Assembly: GCA_033763835.1 (NCBI GenBank)
Contig: JANRJS010000022.1
Span: 37,108-101,107 of the forward strand
Origin: Bryobacteraceae bacterium
GTDB taxonomy: Bacteria; Acidobacteriota; Terriglobia; Bryobacterales; Bryobacteraceae
DNA length: 64,000 nucleotides
Direction: 5' to 3'
Below the pieces are notes generated by a model. The model had not been told where the DNA came from. It made no database searches and was given only the letters and a program-made list of their open reading frames with translations. Position numbers and translations under genes: made by a program. Shown in pieces: positions 36,904 to 47,328 of this stretch (positions are counted from its first letter, which is position 1; every line of letters begins with the position of its first letter).

Positions 36904-37724
36904 TACGCGAGCTCCTTTAGCGCGAGCGCCAGTTCGTCCTGCGTCGGAGCGACGCCGTGGAATTTCGGATTGTTCTCCATGAATGACACGCCCTTGCCCT
37001 TGACGGTGTGGGCGACGATGGCCGTGGGCTTGCCTTTAGTGGCCGCCGCTTCGGCGAACGCGTTCTGCACGGCTTCGATGGAATGCCCGTCGCACTCGAT
37101 GGCGTGCCAGCCGAACGCGCGCCACTTCTCGGCGAGCGGGTCCACGTCCATAATGTCCTTGACGAACCCGTCCAGCTGGATTTTGTTGTAGTCGACGATG
37201 CAAACGCAGTTATCGACTTTGTGGAACGCGCCGAACATCGCCGCTTCCCAGACCTGGCCTTCCTGAATCTCGCCGTCGCCCAGCACCACATAGGCTCGCG
37301 AAGGGCTGCCGTTCAAGCGCGCCGCACACGCCATGCCGAGACCTAGAGAAAGCCCCTGCCCCAGCGATCCGGTCGATGCTTCTAACGCCGGAATGAACCG
37401 GACGTCGGGGTGACCTTGATAGATCGAGCCCATTTGCCGCAGCGTGTTCAATTTGTCGAGCGGCGTGTAGCCGCACTCCGCCATCACCGCGTAGAGCACG
37501 GGGCATGCGTGACCCTTGCCCAAGACAAATCGGTCGCGATCGGCCCACTTGGGGTTCGCCGGATCGTGCCGCATGACGTCGAAATACAGCGTGACGAGGA
37601 GTTCGGTGGCGGACAACGATCCGCCGGGATGGCCGGATTTGGCGGCGGCGATCATGGTGACGATCTCGCGCCGCACGCGCTTCGCGATCGCCGCGAGCTC
37701 TTGCGGATTACTGGTTTTTTGCAC
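36903..37724 (-). CDS. transketolase, N-terminal (TPP-binding) subunit
   Basis: 273 aa with blocks SGHPGGSLS, GSLGQGLS and LGDGEIQEGQVWEA. Confidence 0.9.
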   Translation of the reverse strand: MQKTSNPQELAAIAKRVRREIVTMIAAAKSGHPGGSLSATELLVTLYFDVMRHDPANPKWADRDRFVLGKGHACPVLYAVMAECGYTPLDKLNTLRQMGSIYQGHPDVRFIPALEASTGSLGQGLSLGLGMACAARLNGSPSRAYVVLGDGEIQEGQVWEAAMFGAFHKVDNCVCIVDYNKIQLDGFVKDIMDVDPLAEKWRAFGWHAIECDGHSIEAVQNAFAEAAATKGKPTAIVAHTVKGKGVSFMENNPKFHGVAPTQDELALALKELA

Positions 37725-37751
37725 TCCCTAACAGGCTAACATTGGGCGAGG

Positions 37752-38465
37752 CTAGGGCCGTCCACGTCCACGCCGCGCGAGCTTTTTTTTAGCGGCCGCA
37801 AGACGGGCGACAAACTCGGCGTGCTCGGCGGTAGCCAGCCCGGCTTCGAGCGTCCTACGCAACGGTTCGACATCGTCGGCCCAGAAAGCCTTCGCGTTTA
37901 ACCAGAGTCCGGGAAACACGCGCGAGCGGACAACCCCTCGGACGGGCTTGAGGGGTTTGTACTTGCCGTTCTCCAGGTGGCGCCACCGGATGGCGCGCTC
38001 TAGGATATCGAGAGTAATGTACTCCGTAACGCCCGCGCGTTCGTAAAGTTGGAGTTTGCGCCCATAGTCGATCGTGTGACTGCTGAAAGTAACTTCGGCG
38101 ATCAATTCCGGTGGCCCCGAGCCGAACCGGCCTTCGACGGTCGATTGCCCCCCGTACTCCGGGAGAATGCGCAAGCACATGTCCGGTTGCGGAGCGGAAT
38201 CGAGCAGATACCACGTGGGGGTCAGCGCCACCCGACAACCCGGAGTGCTTAGGCAATAAGCGCGGGCGATGCCCGACAAAGAACCGTGATAATCCCCGTG
38301 AGGAGTAGTTAAAGGCGAAGCCAAGAAAACCTCTCCGTCGATGAGTTCCGCGAAGCGAACGCCGGGCAACCGGTCCCACAGATCGATGAACCGCTGACGG
38401 CTCATGCGCTCGCCGGTTAGGAATTCCTGAGCGGGTTCCGCGATCCGGTTCGGGAGTGCCGCCAT
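37752..38465 (-). CDS. Uma2 (DUF820) family putative endonuclease
   Basis: Uma2-type pattern (FAELIDGEVF..SP...H...PDMCL...PELIAEV.S......D...K...YERAGVTEY). 237 aa. Confidence 0.8.
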   Translation of the reverse strand: MAALPNRIAEPAQEFLTGERMSRQRFIDLWDRLPGVRFAELIDGEVFLASPLTTPHGDYHGSLSGIARAYCLSTPGCRVALTPTWYLLDSAPQPDMCLRILPEYGGQSTVEGRFGSGPPELIAEVTFSSHTIDYGRKLQLYERAGVTEYITLDILERAIRWRHLENGKYKPLKPVRGVVRSRVFPGLWLNAKAFWADDVEPLRRTLEAGLATAEHAEFVARLAAAKKKLARRGRGRP

Positions 38466-38542
38466 GACATCAGTCTAATACCGCCCCGGAAGCCCCGCTG
38501 AATTTTCGCCTATTTCGTGCCGATACGTCCCGATAGACCGTC

Positions 38543-41500
38543 GTGCGCACTCCTTCTTCGCTACTGACGCTCGCTTTCGCCGCCACTTCGGCGTTCGCGC
38601 AGCAGTACGCCTTTCGAGTCTATGGCTCCGAAGACGGTCTCAACAATCTCGCCGGGCAGTCGGTGTTTCAGGACGCGACCGGCTATATCTGGACGGGCAC
38701 GCAAAACGGACTTTTTCGTTTCGACGGCCGTGGATTCGTCGAATTCGGCGCCGCCGACGGTCTGCCGCGGAACTATCTCGAATGCATCCGCCAATCCTCG
38801 GATGGCACGCTTTGGCTGGGTTCGCAATCCGGACTCTACCGGCAAGCGTCCCCCACCCGGTTCGCGCGCGTCGATCTGGGAACTCCTTACCAAGGCACAC
38901 GAGGCGGGCACGGTCTGGATATTCACGGCGGCCGGATCTGGATTGCGACCGGCAATGGCCTTTTGTCGGGCTCGTGGCGGGACCCGGCTTCGATTACCGC
39001 GGTAGACTCCGAACCCGCGCATGGCGTAGCGGCGACGCCCGGCGGCGCTTGGTCCGGTTGCGGGGAGCGCATCTGCCGAAGCAAAGTATCGGCGGGCGGC
39101 TCGATTAAGGTGGAGCGTTTCGGAATCGCCGAAGGCGTCCCGGCCCAACGCTGGGAAGCTTTCGCCATCGACCGGCAAGGGCGGCTCTGGGCCCGCAGCG
39201 AAGATCGGCTGCTATCCTTGGCTCCCGGCGCGCGCAAGTTCGAAACTTTCGCGGCGGACAAATCCATTCGCGTGCTCCGGTTTCCGCGCTTGGTGGTGGA
39301 TTCGCGCGGCCGCATCCTGGTTCCCAGCGCCGAGGGTCTCGCCACCTGCACCGTCAATGGTTGCGAAATCGCAGGACGAAAGAACGGGCTCCGTCACGAG
39401 GTGGCGGCGGTCGCCGAGGATCGCGAAGGATCGCTGTGGCTGGCGCTCAATGGCGGCGGGCTGGCCCGCTGGATTGGGCGCGACCGCTGGTCCGCCTACG
39501 GTCCAGAGCAAGGGATTGAATCGCCAATTATCTGGAACATTGCCGAAGACGGGCCCGATCGTCTTTGGGTAGCGGCTCACGACGGGGTATATCGCGGTAC
39601 CCGTTCCGGGAAAGCTTGGAGTTTCGCCTGGACTCCGCTGACCGGGCGCACGGTGACGCGGGCCGTCTTTCGCGACGCACGCGGCCGGGTGTGGGCCGCT
39701 CCATCGCCGAAAGGATTGGTTATGTGGCGCCCCGGAACCGGCGAGAAGCGCCAGTTTGGCCCGCGCGATGGCTTGCCCGATACGCGCCTCAACCAGATTC
39801 ACGTCGATCCAGACGGCGCCGTTTGGGTGGCCTCCGGCCAAGGCCTGCACCGGCTTGCGCCGCAGACTTCCCGATTCGAAAGAGTTCCGCTCGATGGGAC
39901 GCGGGTTTTTTCCTGCTACGTCATTCGGCGCGGCGGTAATGGAGACCTGTGGGTGGGCTCGCTCGAAGGTCTTTGGCGGCTTCGCGAGGGCCGATGGCAA
40001 AACTTCCGCCGGAAGGACGGGCTCCGCGAGGACTGGCTGGCGGGTGTCGCGCCCGCGCCGGATGGCACGGTTTGGGTGGGCTATCACGCCGCCGTCGGGC
40101 TGACGCAACTCGACCTCTCCGGGCCAAAGCCCCGCGCGCGGCACTTTACGCGGCAGGATGGGCTTTCTTCGGACCTGTCTTACTTTCTCCGCTGGGACAA
40201 GAACGGCCATCTCTGGAATGGCACCGACCGGGGCGTGAGCCGCTTCGATGGCCGGCGCTGGATCGTCTATCGCCGCCCGGACGGCTTGGTTTGGGACGAT
40301 TGCGATACCGACGCCGTGCTGACCGCCTCGGACGGCGGGGTCTGGATCGGCACTTCGCAAGGGCTCGCCCACTACCGCCATGAAGCGGATCGGCCGGGTG
40401 CCGACTCGCCGCCGCCCGTAGTTTTCACCGCCGCCTTCTCGGGGGACAAGCGCTTTCCCCTGGACCGGAGGTTCGAGGTTCGCCCCGACGAACGGAACCT
40501 TGCGATTCGTTTCTCGGCGCTGACTTACGTCCATGACGGTTCGCTGCGCTTCCGGTACCGGTTTCGCGGCATCGAACCCGGCTGGACCGAGACGGCGAGC
40601 CGCTCGCTCAACCTTCTCGACCTTCCGCCTGGGGCTTATGAATTGGAACTTTCGGCCCGCGCCGGCGCGGGCGAGTGGAGTTCGCCGCCCGCCACGCTCC
40701 GGTTCTCCATCCTGCCGCGGTGGTGGCAAAGCAACGCGTTCCGTTTCCCGGTGGCCGCCGCCTCGATCGGCCTGATCGCGATCTTTATCCGGTGGCGGGT
40801 CCGGCATCTCGAAAACGAACGCCTTCGCCTGGAACAAGCCGTCGCCGAGCGCACGCGCGAGTTGGCCGAGAAAAAATGGGAGGCCGAGCGGGCTAGCGAA
40901 TTCAAAAGTCAATTCCTCGCCAACATGAGCCACGAATTGCGTACGCCCATGAACGGCATCATCGGCATGAGCGCACTGGCGCTGGCGCAAGCCGAATCGC
41001 CGGGGCAAGTGGAACACTTGGCGACCGTTCATTCCTCCGCCCTGTCTCTGCTAAATGTCCTCAACGACATCTTGGACCTTTCGAAAGTCGAGGCGGGCAA
41101 GATGCAGATCGACCCGGTCGATTTCGCCCCTCGCGCGTTAATCGCCGGAATCGAGGGCCTGGCCAGATCGATGAGCCGCGAAAAAGGACTCGAACTGGCG
41201 ATCGAAGTCGATCCAGCGGTTCCCGAGTATCTGCATTCGGACGACAAGCGGATCCGGCAAATCTTGCTCAACTTAACGAGCAACGCCATTAAGTTTACGG
41301 AAGCCGGCACCATCACGATTCGCGTCGAAATGGACCGGGACCGCGTGGTATTTTCGATCGCCGACACCGGGATCGGAATTCCGGCCGACAAATTGGACGT
41401 GATTTTCGAGGCATTCCGGCAAGCCGATAGCAGTACGTCGAGACGCTATGGCGGCACCGGGCTGGGCTTGGCGATTAGCGCTAATCTTGCCGCGCTGCTG

Positions 41501-41992
41501 GGCGGGCGGCTGCAAGTGGAGAGCGAGCCCGGGCGCGGCAGCCGATTCTCTTTCGACATCCCGTGCGTAGTTGGCGCGGCGCCGGAGAACGCGGACGAAG
41601 AACTGGGCGCGGATTGCTCGCTACACATACTGGTCGCCGAAGATAATCCCGTCAACCGGCGCGTCATCCTGGGACTGCTCGAGCGGGACGGCCATCGAGT
41701 CGCAGTCGCCCACGACGGACGGCAAGCCGTCCAAGCGGCTCTTCAATCGAGCTTCGACCTCATCCTGATGGACCTCCACATGCCCGAAATGGATGGCATC
41801 GAAGCGACGCGGGAGATCCGCCGCCGCGAAGGGGGTTATCGCCGCCGGATTGTCGCCCTGACCGCCCGCGCCCTGAACGACGACCGCGCGGTGTGCCTAG
41901 CGGCGGGTATGGACGGCTATCTTGAAAAACCCATCGATCCGGCAAAGCTTCGCCAAGTCTTGCGAGAGTGCGTACCGGCGGCAGTCGCCTGA
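38543..41992 (+). CDS. hybrid sensor histidine kinase/response regulator with periplasmic beta-propeller (Reg_prop/Y_Y_Y) sensor
   Basis: Signal peptide, many two-component-regulator-propeller repeats (GLNN...QD..GYIWTGT.NGL..FDG), TM, HisKA ([16 protein letters not shown]), HATPase_c, C-terminal REC ([10 protein letters not shown]...[14 protein letters not shown]). Confidence 0.9.
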   Translation: MRTPSSLLTLAFAATSAFAQQYAFRVYGSEDGLNNLAGQSVFQDATGYIWTGTQNGLFRFDGRGFVEFGAADGLPRNYLECIRQSSDGTLWLGSQSGLYRQASPTRFARVDLGTPYQGTRGGHGLDIHGGRIWIATGNGLLSGSWRDPASITAVDSEPAHGVAATPGGAWSGCGERICRSKVSAGGSIKVERFGIAEGVPAQRWEAFAIDRQGRLWARSEDRLLSLAPGARKFETFAADKSIRVLRFPRLVVDSRGRILVPSAEGLATCTVNGCEIAGRKNGLRHEVAAVAEDREGSLWLALNGGGLARWIGRDRWSAYGPEQGIESPIIWNIAEDGPDRLWVAAHDGVYRGTRSGKAWSFAWTPLTGRTVTRAVFRDARGRVWAAPSPKGLVMWRPGTGEKRQFGPRDGLPDTRLNQIHVDPDGAVWVASGQGLHRLAPQTSRFERVPLDGTRVFSCYVIRRGGNGDLWVGSLEGLWRLREGRWQNFRRKDGLREDWLAGVAPAPDGTVWVGYHAAVGLTQLDLSGPKPRARHFTRQDGLSSDLSYFLRWDKNGHLWNGTDRGVSRFDGRRWIVYRRPDGLVWDDCDTDAVLTASDGGVWIGTSQGLAHYRHEADRPGADSPPPVVFTAAFSGDKRFPLDRRFEVRPDERNLAIRFSALTYVHDGSLRFRYRFRGIEPGWTETASRSLNLLDLPPGAYELELSARAGAGEWSSPPATLRFSILPRWWQSNAFRFPVAAASIGLIAIFIRWRVRHLENERLRLEQAVAERTRELAEKKWEAERASEFKSQFLANMSHELRTPMNGIIGMSALALAQAESPGQVEHLATVHSSALSLLNVLNDILDLSKVEAGKMQIDPVDFAPRALIAGIEGLARSMSREKGLELAIEVDPAVPEYLHSDDKRIRQILLNLTSNAIKFTEAGTITIRVEMDRDRVVFSIADTGIGIPADKLDVIFEAFRQADSSTSRRYGGTGLGLAISANLAALLGGRLQVESEPGRGSRFSFDIPCVVGAAPENADEELGADCSLHILVAEDNPVNRRVILGLLERDGHRVAVAHDGRQAVQAALQSSFDLILMDLHMPEMDGIEATREIRRREGGYRRRIVALTARALNDDRAVCLAAGMDGYLEKPIDPAKLRQVLRECVPAAVA

Positions 41993-41997
41993 GCGCG

Positions 41998-42033
41998 AAA
42001 AGAAAAAGGGCCGGACTCCGAAGAGCCCGGCCC
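41998..42033 (-). terminator. Rho-independent terminator candidate for the convergent TonB-dependent receptor gene
   Basis: Minus strand: GGGCCGG-G-CTC-TTCG-GAG-T-CCGGCCC followed by TTTTTCTTTT. Stem read directly (42008-42033). Confidence 0.6.
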
Positions 42034-42113
42034 CGTGAATTGAGTTTCGAGATTGAGATCCAGAGCGCACAGGCTGGCCGCAACTAGCGGCCAGTCCGTT
42101 GTGCGCGATCCAT

Positions 42114-45100
42114 CTAAAAGTTAAAGCGCAAGCTCAACTGCAAATTGCGCTCGCCGCCTTTACCGGTAACCCGCCCGAAGTTGGCGTTCGTGGGGTTGCG
42201 TTCCAAGCCGCCCCCGGTCGCACCGCCCAAGTTGGGGTGGTTGAGGAAGTTGAACCCGTCGGCACGGAACTGAAGGTTATACCGCTCCGCGAAACGGAAG
42301 TTCTTGAACACCGAAATGTTCCAGTTCTGGAAACCCGGAGCATACGTCTTGTTCCGGTTGAACTGGGTGGTGAACGTTCCGGCGGCCGGACGCGTAGCCA
42401 GCGTTTGGGCGTTGTTGACGATCTTCGGGTCGAACCAGAAGCCTTGGCCGGCGTTCGCCGTGAACTCCCGGTTGTAGGTGATGTCACCCGAGAGGTTCCA
42501 GATCTGAGCGCCGGAACCTGGCCCGACACCCGCGAAATCGTCGCCGGTAGCGATCGTTCCGGGAGTACCGCTCTGGAACTGCGTTGTGCCGGAAATCTGC
42601 CAGCCGCCGAAGGCCGTCTTCGTCCAACCACTACCGTCCTTCAGGAACGGCAGTTCGTAAATGTAGTTGATCACGACCACATTGCGGGTGTCGAAATCCG
42701 ACGGACTCCAGAGGTTGGAAGCGTCGAAAGCGTTCGGCAGAATGTCGCGAGGGCCGGAGCCATTGTCCGTACTCTTCGCGTAGGTATAGGCGATCCCCCA
42801 GCTAAAGCCATTCGTGAAACGCCGGTTGACGCCCAACTGGAACGCCTGATAGAACGAACTCGCTTCCGAGTTGGACACGCGGATCGGTCCGTAGCCCGAA
42901 TAGGGGCGCAGGAAGTTCGCGTTCACACCGGGGTTAGCCTGGATCGTGCCCGGCGCCAGCTGGTTGATGTTGCGTTCGCGAAGCAAGTGCAACCCCTTGC
43001 GTCCGACATAGCTCAACTCAATGGTGTGCCTTCCGGGAAGCTCGCGCTCCACCGTGGCGTTCCACGCCCATGACTCGGGAATCGGGTAGATCCGGTCCTG
43101 CGACGTCACCGAGAGCGGGAAGCTGGCGCGCGAACCGCCGCCGGGATTGTCGACGATCGGGTTGGGAATCGAAGCCAGCGGTTGCAACGGCGGATTGCCA
43201 CCGAGGAACGTGGAGTCGGACACACCGAGGCGCGTCGAGAACCGGCCGACACCCGCGCGAACCACCATTTTCGGGTTCATCGCGTACGCGATTCCCAAAC
43301 GGGGCTGCCAGAGAGTGTTGGTGTTCGAGTAGCTCTTCGAAGCGCCGCGGAACAAGCGATTGAATTCGCCGGAATCGGCGATCGCCACCCGGCCCAAGGC
43401 CGCGTCGGGCCAACCGTCGCCGGGGATCACGATGCCGTTGTAAGCGTCGCCGGTGCCCGCGATCGGATTTCCCGTAGCACGATCGACCCGAATCGCCTGC
43501 GCCGGGTTGTAGAGCGAAGGATCGAAAATCGCCATGTTCCGCCAGAGCGAGTAGTACGGCTGAATGGTCGATACCCGCATGCCGAGTTCGAGCTTGAGTT
43601 TATCGGTGACCTTCCAGCCGTCGTTCACGAAGAACTCGAGCATATGGCCGCGATACGGCGTATAGTTTCGGCGTCCGATCTCGGCGTAGTTCGTAGCCAA
43701 ACCCAGCGCCATATCGGCGATCGCAGTTCCCGAACCGCCCGGACGGGCGTCGGCGAACTCGAAGCGGCCGTTCTGGTTATCGGTGCCGCCGGGAACGCCG
43801 GATACATTGATCTGGTCGTAGTCGTTCTGCCCCGCGCGCTCGAACGAAACGCCGAACTTGATCGTGTGGCTGCCGACGATCTTGGTGGTGTTATTCGCGA
43901 TCACGTAAATCGGTCCCGCCGAGCGCGACGGGTAAGGGCTACCCGTGTAGGTCGAGAACACGTTGATGCCGATCGCCGGAATCTTATTTTGGATGTCCTT
44001 GCCGTCCGGGAACAAGTACGGGTAATTGATGCCGTACGTGGTACGGTCGAGGCCCGTCTGATCGCGGAAGAGAAGGTCCACCTGATCGCGGCTGGCCGTG
44101 ATTAGGGTTTCGTTCACCGTCGTGGAATTGATGGTCCGCGTCCAGTTTATCGAAGCCGACTGGTTGGGACGGATAATCACGCGGTCGCTCAACAAGAAGT
44201 TCGTTTGGAACACGTTCGTGTCTTCGAAATTGAAGAACGACATCCGGAACTTCACCTGATCCTTCGAAGTGGGCAGGATGTCGAGACCATAGGTGTCCTT
44301 GCGCTGATTGGTCGGCTGGCCGCGCAATCCGAACCAGTTATTCGTACCCTGCGGCGTCGCGAGATTCGGCAGCGGATAGACGTTCATCAGTCCGCGGCCG
44401 TTGGGGCTGAGCCGATTCGTGGGAATCACATTGTTCGCGAAAGGTTGATTGTTGTTCAGCGGATCGCGGATGATTCGCGTACCGCTGTAGAACGAGTTCG
44501 TCGACAAGAGTTCGCCGAAGTTTCCCGCGCGCATGGCCGCCGTCGGTACGGTACGCAAACCGCTCGAAACCGCGCGGCGTCGCACCCATTCCTGGCTCAC
44601 ATAGAAAAACGCCTTGCTTTTATCGGTGTTCCATTTGCCCGGAATAAAGATAGGACCGTTGAAGTTCCAGCCGAACTGGTTGAATTTGTTCGGCTGCCGG
44701 ACCGTCCCGTTTCGATTGTTGGTCCAACTGTTCGCGTCCAACTTCTCATTGCGGAGGTATTCGTAGATACCGCCATGGAACTGTTGGCCGCCGGTCTTGG
44801 TGACAATTCGAATTTGGCCGCCCGCCGAACGGCCATACTCGGCCGAATAATTCGCGGTCAGGATCTGGACTTCCTGGACGGCGTCGAGATCGACCGAACC
44901 GATCGAGGTACCGTTCGCGCGGGTACGGATGCCCACTGCGCCATCGAAGGTGATCAGATTGTCCTGGCTGCGGCTGCCATTAATCGAAAATCCACCCGAA
45001 TCTGGGCCGAAGCTGAAATTCGCCAGTGTTCCACCGCGCACGCCCGGCTTGAGAAGGGCGAGGAAAATGGGATTGCGGCCGTTCAACTGGAGATCGGAAA

Positions 45101-45521
45101 TCTGCTTACCTTCGACCAGTTTGCCCAGTTGGGACGTTTCGGTTTGGATCGCGCCCACCGACGCGGACACTTCGATCGTTTCGGTGGTCTGGCCAACCTG
45201 CATAGCAACGTTGAGCGTCGCCGGAAGATTGGGATCGATCTTGTTGCTCTTCGATTCGTATTTCTTGAATCCAGCCACTTCCACGCTCAATGTGTAGACA
45301 CCGGACGGAATTGAGGGGATGGTGTAAACGCCGGAACCGGTAGTCAACGTCTCACGAGTGGCACCCGTCGATTCGTTTCGGGCAACCACTTTCGCATTGG
45401 CGATCGCCGCGCCGGATGGATCGGTAACCGTTCCGGTAATCGACGATAAGTCGGACTGAGCGAAACTCGCGATGGCGGCTAGAGGTAACAACGCCGCACG
45501 CCAAGAACGCACAAGGTTCAT
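42114..45521 (-). CDS. TonB-dependent receptor with carboxypeptidase-regulatory-like domain
   Basis: GGAGAA SD before ATG 45521. Signal peptide, CarboxypepD_reg block (ITGTVTDPSGAAIANAKVVARNESTG...GVYTIPSIPSGVYTLSVEVAGF), barrel ending ...LRFNF. Confidence 0.9.
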   Translation of the reverse strand: MNLVRSWRAALLPLAAIASFAQSDLSSITGTVTDPSGAAIANAKVVARNESTGATRETLTTGSGVYTIPSIPSGVYTLSVEVAGFKKYESKSNKIDPNLPATLNVAMQVGQTTETIEVSASVGAIQTETSQLGKLVEGKQISDLQLNGRNPIFLALLKPGVRGGTLANFSFGPDSGGFSINGSRSQDNLITFDGAVGIRTRANGTSIGSVDLDAVQEVQILTANYSAEYGRSAGGQIRIVTKTGGQQFHGGIYEYLRNEKLDANSWTNNRNGTVRQPNKFNQFGWNFNGPIFIPGKWNTDKSKAFFYVSQEWVRRRAVSSGLRTVPTAAMRAGNFGELLSTNSFYSGTRIIRDPLNNNQPFANNVIPTNRLSPNGRGLMNVYPLPNLATPQGTNNWFGLRGQPTNQRKDTYGLDILPTSKDQVKFRMSFFNFEDTNVFQTNFLLSDRVIIRPNQSASINWTRTINSTTVNETLITASRDQVDLLFRDQTGLDRTTYGINYPYLFPDGKDIQNKIPAIGINVFSTYTGSPYPSRSAGPIYVIANNTTKIVGSHTIKFGVSFERAGQNDYDQINVSGVPGGTDNQNGRFEFADARPGGSGTAIADMALGLATNYAEIGRRNYTPYRGHMLEFFVNDGWKVTDKLKLELGMRVSTIQPYYSLWRNMAIFDPSLYNPAQAIRVDRATGNPIAGTGDAYNGIVIPGDGWPDAALGRVAIADSGEFNRLFRGASKSYSNTNTLWQPRLGIAYAMNPKMVVRAGVGRFSTRLGVSDSTFLGGNPPLQPLASIPNPIVDNPGGGSRASFPLSVTSQDRIYPIPESWAWNATVERELPGRHTIELSYVGRKGLHLLRERNINQLAPGTIQANPGVNANFLRPYSGYGPIRVSNSEASSFYQAFQLGVNRRFTNGFSWGIAYTYAKSTDNGSGPRDILPNAFDASNLWSPSDFDTRNVVVINYIYELPFLKDGSGWTKTAFGGWQISGTTQFQSGTPGTIATGDDFAGVGPGSGAQIWNLSGDITYNREFTANAGQGFWFDPKIVNNAQTLATRPAAGTFTTQFNRNKTYAPGFQNWNISVFKNFRFAERYNLQFRADGFNFLNHPNLGGATGGGLERNPTNANFGRVTGKGGERNLQLSLRFNF

Positions 45522-45561
45522 AATTTTCTCCTGAAGCTGGGAACTTTCCCGCTTCTGGGAT

Positions 45562-45591
45562 TGTATATGACTAAATGGCCGCGCGTGTAAA
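45562..45591 (-). promoter_or_regulatory. possible sigma70-type promoter (TTTACA-N18-TATACA) for the TonB-dependent receptor gene
   Basis: Hexamers read on the minus strand in the 77-bp gap upstream of ATG 45521. No experimental or comparative support. Confidence 0.25.
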
Positions 45592-45598
45592 TTGTGCG

Positions 45599-46279
45599 TT
45601 ACTTTCCGAGAGCGGACGCTAACCGTTCGCGGAACCGAACGTACTCGGGAGATTCGATCCCGGCTCGGGCCGTCGCTAGCAAAGCGTCGCTATCCGATTG
45701 AAAAAAAGCCGGTTCGTTTAACCATAGGCCGGGAAAGACTTGGGACCGGTGGATGCCTTCGCCGTCCGCAGGCGTTTCCGTGTAGCTGGCGCCAACCAAT
45801 CGCCGCCAAACGATTTTCGGTTGGGGGAGCAGTTCGACGGTGACGTACTCCTGGACGCCCGCCCGCCCATACAGCGCGAGCTTCGGTCCAAAATCGACCT
45901 CAGTGCTGGTAAGGCAAATTTCGACGGCGAGTTCCGGCGCGCCGTCAGGATACTTACCCCGAACGCGGGACTGGCCCCCATACTTTGGTTCCAGGTAGAG
46001 CGCGGCATCCGGTTGCGGCATGCTGCCGAGCATCGACCAGGAGCCGTTCGCGCAGAATCGGCACCCAACTGTGTGCAACGCATAATAGCCTAAGACGCAA
46101 TGGACCAAGCCGTCCGTAAGGCCGTGATCGAGACTGACCGGCGATGGCACGTAGACCACTCCTTCAATGAGTTCGGCGTTCTTTAAGCCGGGCAAGGCGT
46201 CCCAGCGCGCGATGAACCGCTCGAGATCCATGCGCTCGCCCGTGATGAGAGGCCGCGATACGACGTGTGGCAGCGCCAT
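45599..46279 (-). CDS. Uma2 (DUF820) family putative endonuclease (paralog of 37752-38465)
   Basis: Collinear similarity to the other copy (ITGERM..ERFIARWDALPG..NAELIEGVVY.PSP...PDAAL...PELAVEI...YGRAGVQEYVTV...SQVFPGLWLN). Confidence 0.8.
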   Translation of the reverse strand: MALPHVVSRPLITGERMDLERFIARWDALPGLKNAELIEGVVYVPSPVSLDHGLTDGLVHCVLGYYALHTVGCRFCANGSWSMLGSMPQPDAALYLEPKYGGQSRVRGKYPDGAPELAVEICLTSTEVDFGPKLALYGRAGVQEYVTVELLPQPKIVWRRLVGASYTETPADGEGIHRSQVFPGLWLNEPAFFQSDSDALLATARAGIESPEYVRFRERLASALGK

Positions 46280-46283
46280 GCGT

Positions 46284-47258
46284 CTAGCTTATCGCCCGCG
46301 CTGCGTCCTTGGCGAAGTAGGTCAGCACGAAGTCCGCCCCCGCGCGGCGAATCGAAATTAGGCTCTCCATCATTGCCCGATCCCGGTCGATCCAGCCATT
46401 GCGCGCCGCCGCCTCGATCATCGAAAACTCGCCCGAAACCTGGTAAGCCGCCAGCGGAACGTCAGGGAAACGCTCCCGCGCGCGCGTCAGGATGTCGAGA
46501 TATGGCATGGCGGGTTTCACCATCAGCATGTCCGCCCCTTCGTCGAGGTCGAGCGCCATCTCGCGCATCGCCTCGCGCCAATTTGGCGGGTCCATCTGAT
46601 AGCTGCGCCGGTCGCCGAACTGCGGCGTCGACTCGGCGGCTTCCCGGAACGGCCCATAGAAGCAACTGGCGTATTTGGCGGCATAGGACAGGATCGGCGT
46701 GTGCGTGAACCCCGCAACGTCAAGCGCCGCTCGGATCGCGCCGACGCGCCCGTCCATCATGTCGGATGGCGCGACGATGTCGGCTCCGGCCCGCGCGTGC
46801 GACACCGCCGATTTCGCCAGCCAATCGAGCGTCGGGTCGTTCGCTACGTCTTCGCCCTCGACGAGCCCGCAGTGCCCATGCGACGTGTACTCGCAGTTGC
46901 ATACGTCGGTGACTAAGACTAGAGCCGGTACTTCACGTTTCACCGTTCGCAAAGCACGCTGCACAATCCCTTGGTCGTCGTAAGCTCCGGAAGCGATCTC
47001 GTCCTTATGATCCGGGATTCCAAACAGAATCACGCCGCCCAGCCCAAGAGCCTTCGCCTCGGCGCACTCCTTCACCAACTCGTCGATCGAAAGCTGGAAA
47101 TTGCCCGGCATCGACGAGATCGGCTTGCGAACGCCTTCGCCCTCGACAACAAACAGCGGCAAGACCATTTGCTCCGGCGCAAGCCGGGTCTCGCGCACCA
47201 GACGCCGCAACGGTTCGCTTCGCCGCATCCGGCGCAATCGATTGACGGGGAAGGCCAC
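46284..47258 (-). CDS. hemB: porphobilinogen synthase (delta-aminolevulinate dehydratase)
   Basis: RLRRMRR N-terminus, [16 protein letters not shown] metal-site block, active-site Lys region (MVKPA). Confidence 0.95.
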   Translation of the reverse strand: MAFPVNRLRRMRRSEPLRRLVRETRLAPEQMVLPLFVVEGEGVRKPISSMPGNFQLSIDELVKECAEAKALGLGGVILFGIPDHKDEIASGAYDDQGIVQRALRTVKREVPALVLVTDVCNCEYTSHGHCGLVEGEDVANDPTLDWLAKSAVSHARAGADIVAPSDMMDGRVGAIRAALDVAGFTHTPILSYAAKYASCFYGPFREAAESTPQFGDRRSYQMDPPNWREAMREMALDLDEGADMLMVKPAMPYLDILTRARERFPDVPLAAYQVSGEFSMIEAAARNGWIDRDRAMMESLISIRRAGADFVLTYFAKDAARAIS

Positions 47259-47328
47259 GGGTTTATTCTACGGGCGTTTCGCCCCAGATCGTTACCGCTT
47301 CGCAACATGCGGTTGTTAGCCTCGAAGC

